Positions 20,498 through 29,388 of a stretch of DNA of 64,000 nucleotides are shown one piece after another. Made by a program: the position numbers and the translations under genes. Position 1 is the first letter of the stretch. Every line of letters begins with the position of its first letter. The DNA comes from Gammaproteobacteria bacterium (GTDB lineage Bacteria > Pseudomonadota > Gammaproteobacteria > Pseudomonadales > Pseudohongiellaceae). The stretch covers positions 225,280 through 289,279 of the forward strand of contig VMDC01000001.1 in NCBI GenBank assembly GCA_008081045.1, in the 5' to 3' direction. A model generated the notes under the pieces. The model was given only the letters and a program-made list of their open reading frames with translations, did not search any database and was not told where the DNA came from.

Positions 20498-20902
20498 TCA
20501 GAAGCTCGGTTCATCCACTGGAAGTAACACTACAGGGACCATCTCGCTGTACTGGAACCAGTCGCCATCGATTCGCACAACCGAATCTCCGGACTCGTTA
20601 GTCCGTGCAACGCCGGTAAATTCCAGGTCAAGCCTCGGGATGCGAATGGTGATTCTTCGGCCATCTACCAGCACCGTATCCGCTGGCATCCCGTAAATAC
20701 CCAGCCCGCTGCTGGTCAGGGCGGCAGTGAACTCGTCACCCCGCAGGGAAAAGGTGAAGGCGAGGTTCATGTTGTCGCGGCCAATCACCAGCGGGCCTTC
20801 CCACGACCCGAGTAAATTTTCCCGGTTAGCCTCTGCGGCGAGGATGCTGGAGAAGAAAGCCAGAAAACAGGCGGCGAACAGCGCAGATAGGATACTTTTC
20901 AT
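20498..20902 (-). CDS. Small hypothetical secreted protein
   Basis: Signal peptide MKSILSALFAACFLAFFSSILAAEA. No family recognised. Confidence 0.5.
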   Translation of the reverse strand: MKSILSALFAACFLAFFSSILAAEANRENLLGSWEGPLVIGRDNMNLAFTFSLRGDEFTAALTSSGLGIYGMPADTVLVDGRRITIRIPRLDLEFTGVARTNESGDSVVRIDGDWFQYSEMVPVVLLPVDEPSF

Positions 20903-21054
20903 GATGAGAATGGTAATTCAGCTGTATCTGCCACTGCAAATCCCGAGGCCGGCAGCCACCCCGGGCCAGAGTAACGGCAGTCTTGTCAATCTGTCTGTGA
21001 GTGGGACAATGGGCAGTAAAGAGAAATTGTGAAGCAAGCGCGAGGATTACCGAG

Positions 21055-21882
21055 ATGGATCAGGAAATAGAACAATTCACCCAAATCTATAACATGATAA
21101 CCACGTATCTGGTGACCTACAGCTTTCAAATTCTGGGCGCTGCCATTGTTGTGGCGCTGGGCACCCTGCTGGGCAGAAAAGTGTCAGACGTAGTGTCGAG
21201 TCTGGCAGAAAAGCGGGGGATAGACGTCACCCTGGGCCGGTTTTTCGCAAATTGTTCGAGGATAGCGATACTGGCAGCGGCCTTCATGATTGCCCTGCCA
21301 AAATTGGGCATTCAGGTGACCCCGTTTCTCGCCGCTGTTGGTGCTCTCGGTCTTGGCGCCGGTTTGGCCGTGCAGGGCCTGCTCTCAAATTACGGCGCAG
21401 GGCTGAGTATTATCCTGACGAGACCTTTTGTGGTCGACGACACCATCCGCGTGCAGGGCGTTTGGGGAGTAGTGAAAGAGGTCACTCTGGCCTACACGGT
21501 GCTCACCAACGAAGACGGCGAGATGATCACCATCCCGAACAAGCACATTATCGGCGAAATCATTCACAATTCTCAGGCCGATACGATTCTTGAGCTGTCC
21601 GTAGGCATCAGCTACGACAGCGACACAGCGAGAGCAACAGAGCTCATTCGCTCTGCCCTCAGTGGCGTCGAAGGCTTAAGCAAGCAGCGTCCGGTCCAGG
21701 TTGGCATTGAGAGCTTCGGGGACAGTGCGATCAACATGGGCGTTCGCTGCTGGGCCAGGACTGAAAAATTTCATGAGGTGAAATTCACTTGTAATCAGAA
21801 GCTTCAGGAAATGCTTCTGGCTCACAACATTGCCATACCTTTTCCACAGCGCGAGATCAGAATGTTGGATCATCAGGGCTAA
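21055..21882 (+). CDS. Small-conductance mechanosensitive channel (MscS family)
   Basis: Three N-terminal TM segments followed by the MscS beta-domain (V.V.G.WG.VKEVTLAYTVLTNEDGEMITIPN). The ATG at 21055 is preferred over the upstream GTG at 21001. Confidence 0.8.
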   Translation: MDQEIEQFTQIYNMITTYLVTYSFQILGAAIVVALGTLLGRKVSDVVSSLAEKRGIDVTLGRFFANCSRIAILAAAFMIALPKLGIQVTPFLAAVGALGLGAGLAVQGLLSNYGAGLSIILTRPFVVDDTIRVQGVWGVVKEVTLAYTVLTNEDGEMITIPNKHIIGEIIHNSQADTILELSVGISYDSDTARATELIRSALSGVEGLSKQRPVQVGIESFGDSAINMGVRCWARTEKFHEVKFTCNQKLQEMLLAHNIAIPFPQREIRMLDHQG

Positions 21883-21930
21883 TTGCGGAAATTACGCGCT
21901 TGGCCTGCCCATCACAGGAGGACAGAAAAC

Positions 21931-22620
21931 GTGGCCTATTTACCGGCAGTTGAGATTGAGTATCCACAGGGGGAATCGGTCGGGGCGGCAATTATCTGGC
22001 TGCACGGTCTGGGTGCGGACGGCAACGACTTCGCGCCTATTGTGCCGCAACTTCCGCTGCCAGCGGGCCTTGGCGTAAGGTTTATTTTTCCCCACGCGCC
22101 CTCTATTCCGGTGACGATCAACAACGGCTTTGTCATGCCTGCCTGGTATGACATCAAGCAACTCGACGTGGACCGGCATGTGGATACCGAACAGCTTCGC
22201 CAGTCGGCAGATTGGGTCCATGATCTAATTGACCGGGAGATAGAGCGTGGCGTGCCCAGTGAAAGCATTGTGGTTGCTGGATTTTCTCAGGGCGGGGCGG
22301 TGAGCTTCGAGGCAGCGCTGACCTATCCGCACCGGCTGGCAGGGATAATGGCACTTTCAACCTACTTTGCGACAGCTGCGACAGTTGCTGTTAACCCAGT
22401 GCAGCAGGCGCTGCCTCTGTTGATTTGCCACGGAAGCGAAGATCCTGTGGTGCCAGAGTCTCTCGGCCGACAGAGTGTGGCGACGCTGCAGAAATTCGGA
22501 TTTAAGCCGGAATATGTCGTCTACCCGATGGAACATGCCGTGTGTCCCCAGCAGATTGTTGATATAGGCCGCTGGATAGAGCGAACCCTGACAGCCAAGG
22601 GGTCCTCCGAGTGCAACTGA
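21931..22620 (+). CDS. Phospholipase/carboxylesterase-family alpha/beta hydrolase
   Basis: Nucleophile elbow GFSQGG, plus LHGLGADG and CHGSEDPVV motifs. GTG at 21931 preceded by AGGAGG. The listed ORF starts at an upstream TTG (21883). Confidence 0.8.
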   Translation: MAYLPAVEIEYPQGESVGAAIIWLHGLGADGNDFAPIVPQLPLPAGLGVRFIFPHAPSIPVTINNGFVMPAWYDIKQLDVDRHVDTEQLRQSADWVHDLIDREIERGVPSESIVVAGFSQGGAVSFEAALTYPHRLAGIMALSTYFATAATVAVNPVQQALPLLICHGSEDPVVPESLGRQSVATLQKFGFKPEYVVYPMEHAVCPQQIVDIGRWIERTLTAKGSSECN

Positions 22621-22649
22621 GAATTGCCGGTCAGCGGCCAATGGGACAG

Positions 22650-22680
22650 TTGACCTTAGAGTTGTCTCTAAGCTTATACT
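22650..22680 (+). promoter_or_regulatory. MerR-type promoter with a long spacer and a palindromic operator
   Basis: TTGACC (22650-22655), a 19-bp spacer, then TATACT (22675-22680). The spacer holds a perfect inverted repeat CTTAGAG-TTGT-CTCTAAG. It lies about 30 nt upstream of the MerR-family gene. Confidence 0.8.
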
Positions 22681-22710
22681 TGCATCTGGGTCATTAAAGG
22701 TTTCCGCTAA

Positions 22711-23139
22711 ATGTTGAAAATCAGCGAGCTGGCAGGGCGAATTGGTCTGTCGGCGCACACCATCCGGTTTTATGAAAAACACGGGCTCATTGAGGCCAGT
22801 GAGCGCAGTGAGTCCGGCTATCGGTTGTACAACGCTGCCGATGTCAATCGGGCAGAATTTGTGAAAACAGCCCGGAACATCGGGTTTTCGCTGGAGGACA
22901 TTGCTCAGCTGCTGTCAATCAGACTCGATCGGTCGAGTCACAGCTGTCAGGAAGTCACCGACATTACGCGGAATAAGTTGCATGAGGTCAATCGCAAAAT
23001 GGCAGAGCTCGAAGCCATGCAGAAAGTGTTGAGCCGCTTACTGGATAACTGTGATGGCGGCCTGGAAAACGCGACGCACTGCTCCATTTTAGAGGTGCTG
23101 GATAACGGCGGTCTCGCGACTACCGGGAGAGTCAACTGA
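22711..23139 (+). CDS. Heavy-metal-responsive MerR-family regulator (ZntR/CadR-like)
   Basis: N-terminal HTH MLKISELAGRIGLSAHTIRFYEKHGL. Aligns by eye to E. coli ZntR, including the HSCQE cysteine and the C-terminal NCDGGLENATHCSILEVL metal loop. Confidence 0.8.
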   Translation: MLKISELAGRIGLSAHTIRFYEKHGLIEASERSESGYRLYNAADVNRAEFVKTARNIGFSLEDIAQLLSIRLDRSSHSCQEVTDITRNKLHEVNRKMAELEAMQKVLSRLLDNCDGGLENATHCSILEVLDNGGLATTGRVN

Positions 23140-24212
23140 TGGAATTTTTACGCATATTCTGGGATCTCGTCATTGAAAGCGCCCCATGGTTGCTGATGGG
23201 TTATCTGCTGGCCGGCATAATCCGGCAGGTAATCCCCAGCAGTTGGGTGGAGAAGCAGCTGGCAGAGCCGGGAATAGTCTCCATAGTTAAAGGCGCGTTT
23301 ATCGGTGCGCCACTTCCGCTGTGTTCCTGCGGCGTAATTCCTACTGCTTTAGCAATCCGCAAAGCCGGGGCTTCCAAAGGCGCCACCTCATCTTTTTTAG
23401 TCGCTACCCCTGAAACCGGGGTCGATTCTATCTCCTTCTCTTATGCGGTGCTGGGGCCGATATTTGCGGTTGCCCGACCTATCGGAGCGCTCAGCAGTGC
23501 GATTGTAGCGGGCATACTGGTGAATGCGCTGGATCAGGGCGAGCAAGCTACGCATGAAGCCGAGAGCAGCTGCGGCAGCTGCTGCAGCAAGCAGACCCCT
23601 GCTGATGAGCAGCAGTTGCCACTGGGTGAGCGACTGGTATTGGCTGTGAAATATGGTTATGGGCGCATGATTTCTGATACCGCCAAGTGGCTGGCTATCG
23701 GCTTAGTCGCGGCCACAGTGATTACTGCCCTGGTGCCTCAGTCGTTCTTTTTGCAATGGGGGGACGGTGTGCTGGCAATGCTGGTGATGGTGTTGGTGGG
23801 TTTGCCCATGTACATCTGTGCCACGGCGTCGACGCCGGTGGCCGCCAGCCTTCTGTTTGCAGGGATTTCACCGGGTGCTGCTCTGGTATTTATGCTGACC
23901 GGCCCGGCTACTAATTTAGCCACGATGGGGGTCATCAAAGAACAGCTGGGTCTGAAATCTCTGGTGGCTTATCTGATCGGGGTTATTGGCACTGCCATTG
24001 CGGCAGGTCTGGCACTTAACGCCGCCTATGCGTCTTTCTCCTGGCCGTTACAGCTGGCCATGGCTGCGCACGGTGAGAGCTATCCTGTCTGGCGCCAGCT
24101 TGCGGCTGTGGTACTGGTTGGTCTGGTGCTCCGTGTCTGGATACAGCCGTTTTTCCGGGCAGGCGGAGGTATTCAGGAAGCGGCTGAGCCTCAGCCGCTA
24201 AAGCAGTCCTGA
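23139..24212 (+). CDS. COG0701/ArsP-like permease (putative Cu/Zn or thiophilic-metal efflux permease)
   Basis: Polytopic protein. PLCSCG motif typical of this permease family. Central Cys-rich loop EAESSCGSCCSKQ. The start overlaps the regulator stop (TGATG). Confidence 0.65.
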   Translation: MEFLRIFWDLVIESAPWLLMGYLLAGIIRQVIPSSWVEKQLAEPGIVSIVKGAFIGAPLPLCSCGVIPTALAIRKAGASKGATSSFLVATPETGVDSISFSYAVLGPIFAVARPIGALSSAIVAGILVNALDQGEQATHEAESSCGSCCSKQTPADEQQLPLGERLVLAVKYGYGRMISDTAKWLAIGLVAATVITALVPQSFFLQWGDGVLAMLVMVLVGLPMYICATASTPVAASLLFAGISPGAALVFMLTGPATNLATMGVIKEQLGLKSLVAYLIGVIGTAIAAGLALNAAYASFSWPLQLAMAAHGESYPVWRQLAAVVLVGLVLRVWIQPFFRAGGGIQEAAEPQPLKQS

Positions 24213-24238
24213 CAGGGCCGGCTCCTGATCTCCGGACT

Positions 24239-25135
24239 CTACTTGCAGGTTTTGCCGGCAACCCGGTGCTGACTATCAAGATGAAACACCCAGTCAGCCT
24301 TTCTGGGCAGGGTGTTCAGGGCGTGCCTAGTCAATCGTTCAAAGTGCTGAATAAAACGGGCAATTTCTTCAGGGCTCATCACGCCACTCGTGTCTGTATC
24401 AAACTGCGCTGCACGATGCTGCTTGAGCTTTTCTTCCTGCAGGCTGCGCCAGGCAAACACCTGCTCAAATGACGGCGCCTGCAGCATCAAAAGTGAATCC
24501 AGGCGGCCGAAGATGTCTGCAAAATCGGAACTGAGAGCGTGATTCACGAAGTTGCGCCATGAACGGTCGCCGTCTTCGTTCGCTTCCAGCTGATTTACCG
24601 GTGAGAGAAGATGCTCGCACGGCTCCGGTTCCAACCCGATAAACCAGCCTTCTAACAGGATGAGATCAACAGGAAGAGTCGCCGGGGACCAGTGTTCAGC
24701 GGTCACCGGGTTGTCTGCCGCTTTGTCAAAGCGTGGGATTTTTACGGTGCCAGCCTGACTGTCCAGCAACTGACTTAAGCAGGATTTCAGTTGATCCACG
24801 TCATGAGTACCCGGTACTCCCCGGGTCGCTAACAGTGGATGCACTGTCTCAGCAAGCTGCGCTCGTGCAGCTTTTGAGAGATAAAAGTCATCAATTGAGA
24901 GAACGGCGACTTTGAATCCTGCCTCTATGCTGCAAAGCTCGAAAAGTCTGGCCAGAGTTGACTTCCCTGTGCCCTGGGCGCCATTGATGCCGATGAACAG
25001 TGGCTTGTTTCGGTCTGGCGTCAGTCGCAGGAGCAACTCCTGCGCAGCAGGAAGAAACCAGGTGAGCATATCCTCACCATAGGTCGCCGGCAGATCTTCG
25101 CTGCGCAGAAATTCCTGAATAAGCTGTGGAGTCAC
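24239..25135 (-). CDS. P-loop kinase of the COG4240 / D-glycerate 3-kinase-like family
   Basis: Walker A GINGAQGTGKST followed by LSIDDFYL and RGVPGTHD, as in this kinase family. Confidence 0.6.
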   Translation of the reverse strand: MTPQLIQEFLRSEDLPATYGEDMLTWFLPAAQELLLRLTPDRNKPLFIGINGAQGTGKSTLARLFELCSIEAGFKVAVLSIDDFYLSKAARAQLAETVHPLLATRGVPGTHDVDQLKSCLSQLLDSQAGTVKIPRFDKAADNPVTAEHWSPATLPVDLILLEGWFIGLEPEPCEHLLSPVNQLEANEDGDRSWRNFVNHALSSDFADIFGRLDSLLMLQAPSFEQVFAWRSLQEEKLKQHRAAQFDTDTSGVMSPEEIARFIQHFERLTRHALNTLPRKADWVFHLDSQHRVAGKTCK

Positions 25136-25320
25136 GGTGGGTAAATCGTGGAAAGTCGGGATAAGCGGTCAGTCTACCTTGCCGGGGTGAACGGGTTCAA
25201 TCATGCGGTAGGGAAGGGCCGCAGGCCTGTGATACGATCCCCCATTATGAGGTCAAAGCGGTTAAGCCGGTCTTCAAAAACGATACAAACAGCCCCTAAT
25301 TTCAGCGATCAGATGTCTCC

Positions 25321-26481
25321 GTGTCAAAGCTAGTTCCCGAGCAGCCCCTTGTTATTTCTCCGACCCTTGCGGCTACCATAGGTCTGGGCGAAGCGGTAAT
25401 GCTTCAGGTGCTGGCTGAGCTCATTCGCCATCGCGGCCAGCAGCGCCACAGCGATTCGGGTTTACGCTGGCTCTGCCTTGAGGAGTGCGAACTGCCCCGG
25501 TTGTTCCCGTTCTGGGGTATTAAGGAGAGTCTGGAATATCGGCAAAGCCTGCAGAACCTCGGCGTGTTGAAACTGGAGCATATCGTGGATGCGCAATCTG
25601 TCTGGATTGCCATTGATGACGGTGGCGAAGCGATTGCGCAGGCAAAGCCATTGCCGCCAGAGACTACTGACCTGCCAAAGGTTAAATCCCCCTTGCCGGT
25701 CAGTGAGCGTCAGGGTACCGGCTCGAATGCGGCCAAACCGATCCCGGATGATTGGCAACCGGAAGAAAACTGGATTCGGCTGGCCAGGCAGCATGCCATC
25801 CCTGAGGACTTCATTCACAGCTTGATTCCTGAGTTTGTGAACTATTGGCGTGACAGACGCCAGGCGAGGTTTTCCTGGGGCAATGCATTTTATAAGCACG
25901 TGTTGAAAGAGTGGCGCCATGAGCAGACGCGCAAAGGCGCGCGCGAGTTGGCGAGCACCATGTCTCCGCAATGGTTGCCGAGTGCGGACGCGCTTGAGAT
26001 TCTGGGTAACGTTGGCATCAGCCACAGTTTCATCGAGGATGCCATTCCGGAGTTCGTTCTCTACTGGAGGGAGCGCGGCGTGGTGCATGGCGCCTGGAAT
26101 ACAAAATTCATTGAACATATTCGCAGGCAGTGGGCAAAATACACGGCCTCTTTCGGGCTTGATGACACCCCGAGGCCGATTGCAGATGGGTGGCAGCCAA
26201 GCGCGGATTGTTTTGAAATTCTGCAGCTGGCTGAGATCGACGAGGCCTATGCGCGCAGCAAGGTGCCAGAGTTCGTGCTGTACTGGAAAGACAGTGAACA
26301 GGTAAAGGCCTCATGGAACACCGTGTTCCTTCAGTTTATCAAGCAGGACTGGGCGCGCCGGCTGAAGCAGGGCGGCCATGACGAGAAATTGTATGGAGAA
26401 GATCAAACCATTGCTGGAACGCAGCAGCAAAAAATTCGGGAAAAATTCGAGCGCATCGCTGATCGAAGTTGGGCAGACTGA
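25321..26481 (+). CDS. Protein with three tandem DnaT C-terminal (ssDNA-binding) domains
   Basis: Three roughly 60-aa repeats: DDWQPEENWIRLA...IPEFVNYWRDRRQARFSWGNAFYKHVLKEW, PQWLPSADALEIL...IPEFVLYWRERGVVHGAWNTKFIEHIRRQW, and DGWQPSADCFEIL...VPEFVLYWKDSEQVKASWNTVFLQFIKQDW. They match E. coli DnaT YPDWQPDADFIRLA...[21 protein letters not shown]. GTG start. Confidence 0.7.
   Translation: MSKLVPEQPLVISPTLAATIGLGEAVMLQVLAELIRHRGQQRHSDSGLRWLCLEECELPRLFPFWGIKESLEYRQSLQNLGVLKLEHIVDAQSVWIAIDDGGEAIAQAKPLPPETTDLPKVKSPLPVSERQGTGSNAAKPIPDDWQPEENWIRLARQHAIPEDFIHSLIPEFVNYWRDRRQARFSWGNAFYKHVLKEWRHEQTRKGARELASTMSPQWLPSADALEILGNVGISHSFIEDAIPEFVLYWRERGVVHGAWNTKFIEHIRRQWAKYTASFGLDDTPRPIADGWQPSADCFEILQLAEIDEAYARSKVPEFVLYWKDSEQVKASWNTVFLQFIKQDWARRLKQGGHDEKLYGEDQTIAGTQQQKIREKFERIADRSWAD
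25741..26358 (+). repeat. Three tandem DnaT-domain coding repeats (protein-level)
   Basis: Repeats at aa about 141-200, 215-273 and 286-346 of the 25321..26481 product. Confidence 0.7.
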
Positions 26482-27112
26482 TCCTCATCAGCGTTCCCCC
26501 TCGACCGCAGGGGTCGAAGAGTCAGAGGCTGGCTTCGACTCAGAGGCCGTGCCGGATCGGGTGGATGCCATCAATCAGATCTTTGCCGAATTTGAATTTG
26601 CCTATCACAACCAGTTTCACAAAGCGTTTGCTGACGCCGAGAGTCTGGCCATTGCCAAAAAATACTGGTTGAGCTCGCTTGAGAATTATCTGCCGACGCA
26701 AATTGTCAGAGCTGCCAAAAAAGTGATTCGCAGTCAGGACTACCTGCCCTCAATCGCCACGCTGGTTCGGGCCTGCGAAGAGGGGTTTGACCTGTTTGGT
26801 TTGCCAGCCCCGCACAGTGCGTATCTCGAGGCCTGTTCGGCGCCGTCGCCGAAGCGAGAGTTCTCATGGAGTCATCCAGCCGTGTATCTGGCCGGAGCAT
26901 CAACGGGCTGGTTTACCCTGGCGAACGAGCGAGAATCGGTGGCATTTCCCCGCTTTGAATACCACTACGGTCAGTTGTGTAAGCGCGTTATGACCGGTGA
27001 AGATCTGCACCTGCCGGTTACCGAAGCCCTCCCCGAAAAAACCGAGCGAACCCTGACCGCCGAAGAGCGTCAGGCTCATATCGCGCAGATTCGGAAAGAG
27101 CTGGGTTTGTGA
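26378..27112 (+). CDS. Phage lambda P-like (replication protein P family) protein; start uncertain
   Basis: By-eye alignment to lambda P: AINQIFAEF...KKYWLSSLENY...VRAAKKVIRSQDYLPSIATLVRACEE versus QIINGVFSQL...RRQWVLAFRENG...MRVARRQNRPFLPSPGQFVAWCREE, and C-terminal RQAHIAQIRKELGL versus AQALAKIAEIKAKFGL. ATG starts at 26378 or 26393 overlap the upstream gene by about 100 nt. Alternative GTG starts at 26549 and 26561. Confidence 0.55.
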   Translation: MTRNCMEKIKPLLERSSKKFGKNSSASLIEVGQTDPHQRSPSTAGVEESEAGFDSEAVPDRVDAINQIFAEFEFAYHNQFHKAFADAESLAIAKKYWLSSLENYLPTQIVRAAKKVIRSQDYLPSIATLVRACEEGFDLFGLPAPHSAYLEACSAPSPKREFSWSHPAVYLAGASTGWFTLANERESVAFPRFEYHYGQLCKRVMTGEDLHLPVTEALPEKTERTLTAEERQAHIAQIRKELGL

Positions 27113-28780
27113 CTAGGCATCCAGCTTCTTGTACTTGACCCGGGTCGGTTGGGTGTCGCCAACGCGTTTCTTATGGTCGGCTTCGTAATCGGTGTAGTTG
27201 CCCTCATGCCAGATAACTTCACTGTCACCCTCAAAAGCCAGAATGTGTGTGCAGATCCGGTCGAGAAACCAGCGATCGTGAGATACCACAATGGCACAGC
27301 CAGGGAAGGCCAGTAATCCCTCTTCCAGCGCCCTTAGGGTTTCGACGTCGAGATCATTGGTGGGCTCGTCCAGCAGCAGCACGTTGCCACCCTTTTTGAG
27401 CAGCTTGGCCATGTGCAGCCGGTTGCGTTCTCCACCGGAGAGATCCTTGACGAATTTCTGCTGATCGCCCCCTTTGAAGTTGAAGCGACTCGCGTAGGCA
27501 CGAGAAGCGATCTCGTAGTTGCCGATGTGGATGATGTCCTGTTCATCCGATAACTCCTGCCAGACTGTTTTCTCGCCATTGAGTTCATCACGGCTCTGAT
27601 CCACATAGGCAAGACTGACGGTGTCGCCGAGCTCAATCGCGCCGCTATCCGGTTGCTCCGCACCCACCAGCATGCGGAGAAAGGTCGTCTTTCCCGCGCC
27701 ATTGCCACCGATGATGCCCACGATGCTGCCCTTGGGAACTGAAAAGCTGAGGTTATCGATGAGGACGCGGTCGCCAAAGCCCTTACACAGGCTGCTGACC
27801 TCAATTACTTTGTCGCCTAAACGTTCCCCGGGGGGAATATACAACTCCTGGGTCTCGTTGCGCTTCTGGAAATCCTTGGAATTGAGTTCTTCGAAGCGGG
27901 CGATACGGGCCTTGCTTTTGGACTGACGACCTTTGGGGTTGGCCCGTACCCATTCAAGCTCTGATTTGATCGTGCGCTCGCGGGCAGCCTCCTGCTTCTC
28001 TTCGATTTCCAATCGTTTTTCTTTGGCTTCCAGCCAGGCGCTGTAATTGCCTTCATAGGGAATGCCATGACCACGGTCCAGTTCGAGAATCCACCCCGCT
28101 GCGTTATCCAGAAAATATCGATCGTGGGTAATCGCGACGACCGTGCCGGGGTAGTCCTGCAGGAAGCGTTCAAGCCACGCCACGCTTTCTGCATCAAGAT
28201 GGTTGGTTGGCTCGTCCAGCAGCAGCATGTCAGGTTTTGAGAGCAGCAGGCGGCACAGTGCTACGCGGCGTTTTTCGCCCCCTGACAGGTTGCTGACGGT
28301 AGCGTCCCATTCGGGCAGGCGCAATGCATCAGCGGCAATATCCAGGGTGCGTTCGATTTGCCAGCCGTCCACCGCATCAATTTCATTCTGCAGTTCGCCC
28401 TGGCGCTCCAGCAGGGCATTCATCTCCTCATCGCCCATCGGTTCGGCAAATTTGTCGCTGATGGCATTGAACTCGTTGACCAGGTCAATGATTTCCTGAA
28501 TGCCTTTTTCAACGTTTTCCCTGACCGTCAGAGCTTCCTCCAGTTCAGGTTCCTGCGGCAGATAGCCAATTTTTATGCCGGGCTGCGGCCGCGCTTCGCC
28601 GTTAATCTCGGTATCCATGCCGGCCATGATGCGCAGCAAGGTAGACTTGCCTGCGCCGTTCAGGCCCAGTACGCCGATCTTGGCCCCCGGGAAAAACGAC
28701 AGAGAGATGTCTTTGAGAATTTCGCGTTTCGGCGGAACGATTTTGCCAACGCGGTTCATGGTGTAAACGAATTGAGCCAT
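27113..28780 (-). CDS. ettA: Energy-dependent translational throttle protein EttA (ABC-F ATPase)
   Basis: 555 aa. N-terminus MAQFVYTMNRVGKIVPPKREILKDISLSFFPGAKIGVLGLNGAGKSTLLRIMAG is characteristic of EttA/YjjK. Two ABC cassettes and no TM segments. Confidence 0.95.
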   Translation of the reverse strand: MAQFVYTMNRVGKIVPPKREILKDISLSFFPGAKIGVLGLNGAGKSTLLRIMAGMDTEINGEARPQPGIKIGYLPQEPELEEALTVRENVEKGIQEIIDLVNEFNAISDKFAEPMGDEEMNALLERQGELQNEIDAVDGWQIERTLDIAADALRLPEWDATVSNLSGGEKRRVALCRLLLSKPDMLLLDEPTNHLDAESVAWLERFLQDYPGTVVAITHDRYFLDNAAGWILELDRGHGIPYEGNYSAWLEAKEKRLEIEEKQEAARERTIKSELEWVRANPKGRQSKSKARIARFEELNSKDFQKRNETQELYIPPGERLGDKVIEVSSLCKGFGDRVLIDNLSFSVPKGSIVGIIGGNGAGKTTFLRMLVGAEQPDSGAIELGDTVSLAYVDQSRDELNGEKTVWQELSDEQDIIHIGNYEIASRAYASRFNFKGGDQQKFVKDLSGGERNRLHMAKLLKKGGNVLLLDEPTNDLDVETLRALEEGLLAFPGCAIVVSHDRWFLDRICTHILAFEGDSEVIWHEGNYTDYEADHKKRVGDTQPTRVKYKKLDA

Positions 28781-29103
28781 AGTAATACCCGAAAGATGTC
28801 GAGACGTGTCAGCACCGGTCGCCGGTCCGCAGGGAGACCGTACAATTGTCTGTAGGTGGAGTAAAAAGCGATAGTTTACCTGATTATCAGCCAGTTTAAT
28901 CGGGCAGACTCAACAGTTTGGCCAGGTCGAATTCAATCACTGCAGCGGAATGTTTGAGCGGTTGTGAGTAACGATGGTGACGTAACGTCACCCCCGCCTT
29001 TGATGTATTCTCTGATGCTGGTTAAAAGATGCTCCCAACCGTCTTGATCGTTCAGGTAATCTGGGTTTTATCTTGCTGCACTCGGGTTCAGATCAGTCTA
29101 CGC

Positions 29104-29388
29104 TCAGTCCGCGGATACCCAGAATTTGATGTCTTCAACGATCACTCCGCTCTCGCTCATCAGTGCAAGGAGGTCCGGGTCTGAGAACATCGCAGACACT
29201 CTCGCTTGGGCTTCGCCCGCGGCCAGCTCCGAGTTCCAGATGATCATAAAAGTATTGGGATCTGCTGCGCTGTGGTAATGGCCCCCTTCGCTGAATCCTG
29301 CTGAGGCGCGTCTGTCGGTGTCAGCGTCATAATTGATTTTCCAGGCGCCGTAGTCTTTGACCCGGTGGGCGATGAATATCTTCGTCAT
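29104..29388 (-). CDS. Small hypothetical protein (94 aa)
   Basis: The ORF has a plausible RBS (AAGGAG about 10 nt upstream of the ATG on the minus strand). No family recognised. Confidence 0.4.
   Translation of the reverse strand: MTKIFIAHRVKDYGAWKINYDADTDRRASAGFSEGGHYHSAADPNTFMIIWNSELAAGEAQARVSAMFSDPDLLALMSESGVIVEDIKFWVSAD

Noticed and set aside
25321-27112. Intact or remnant prophage, suggested by the lambda P-like gene.
   Set aside because: No integrase, repressor, terminase, capsid, tail or lysis genes, no att-like direct repeats and no tRNA are present nearby. The flanking genes are ordinary chromosomal genes. It is treated instead as a domesticated replication module (see findings).
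28933-29067. Minus-strand 44-codon open frame (NPDYLNDQDGWEHLLTSIREYIKGGGDVTSPSLL…) that looks protein-like, plus a 17-nt hairpin palindrome GGTGACG-TAA-CGTCACC at 28976..28992.
   Set aside because: The frame has no start codon and is bounded by stops. It may be the C-terminal remnant of a decayed gene (the GW..L pattern is vaguely SRPBCC-like), but this cannot be supported without a database search. The palindrome lies inside it and has no obvious regulatory target.
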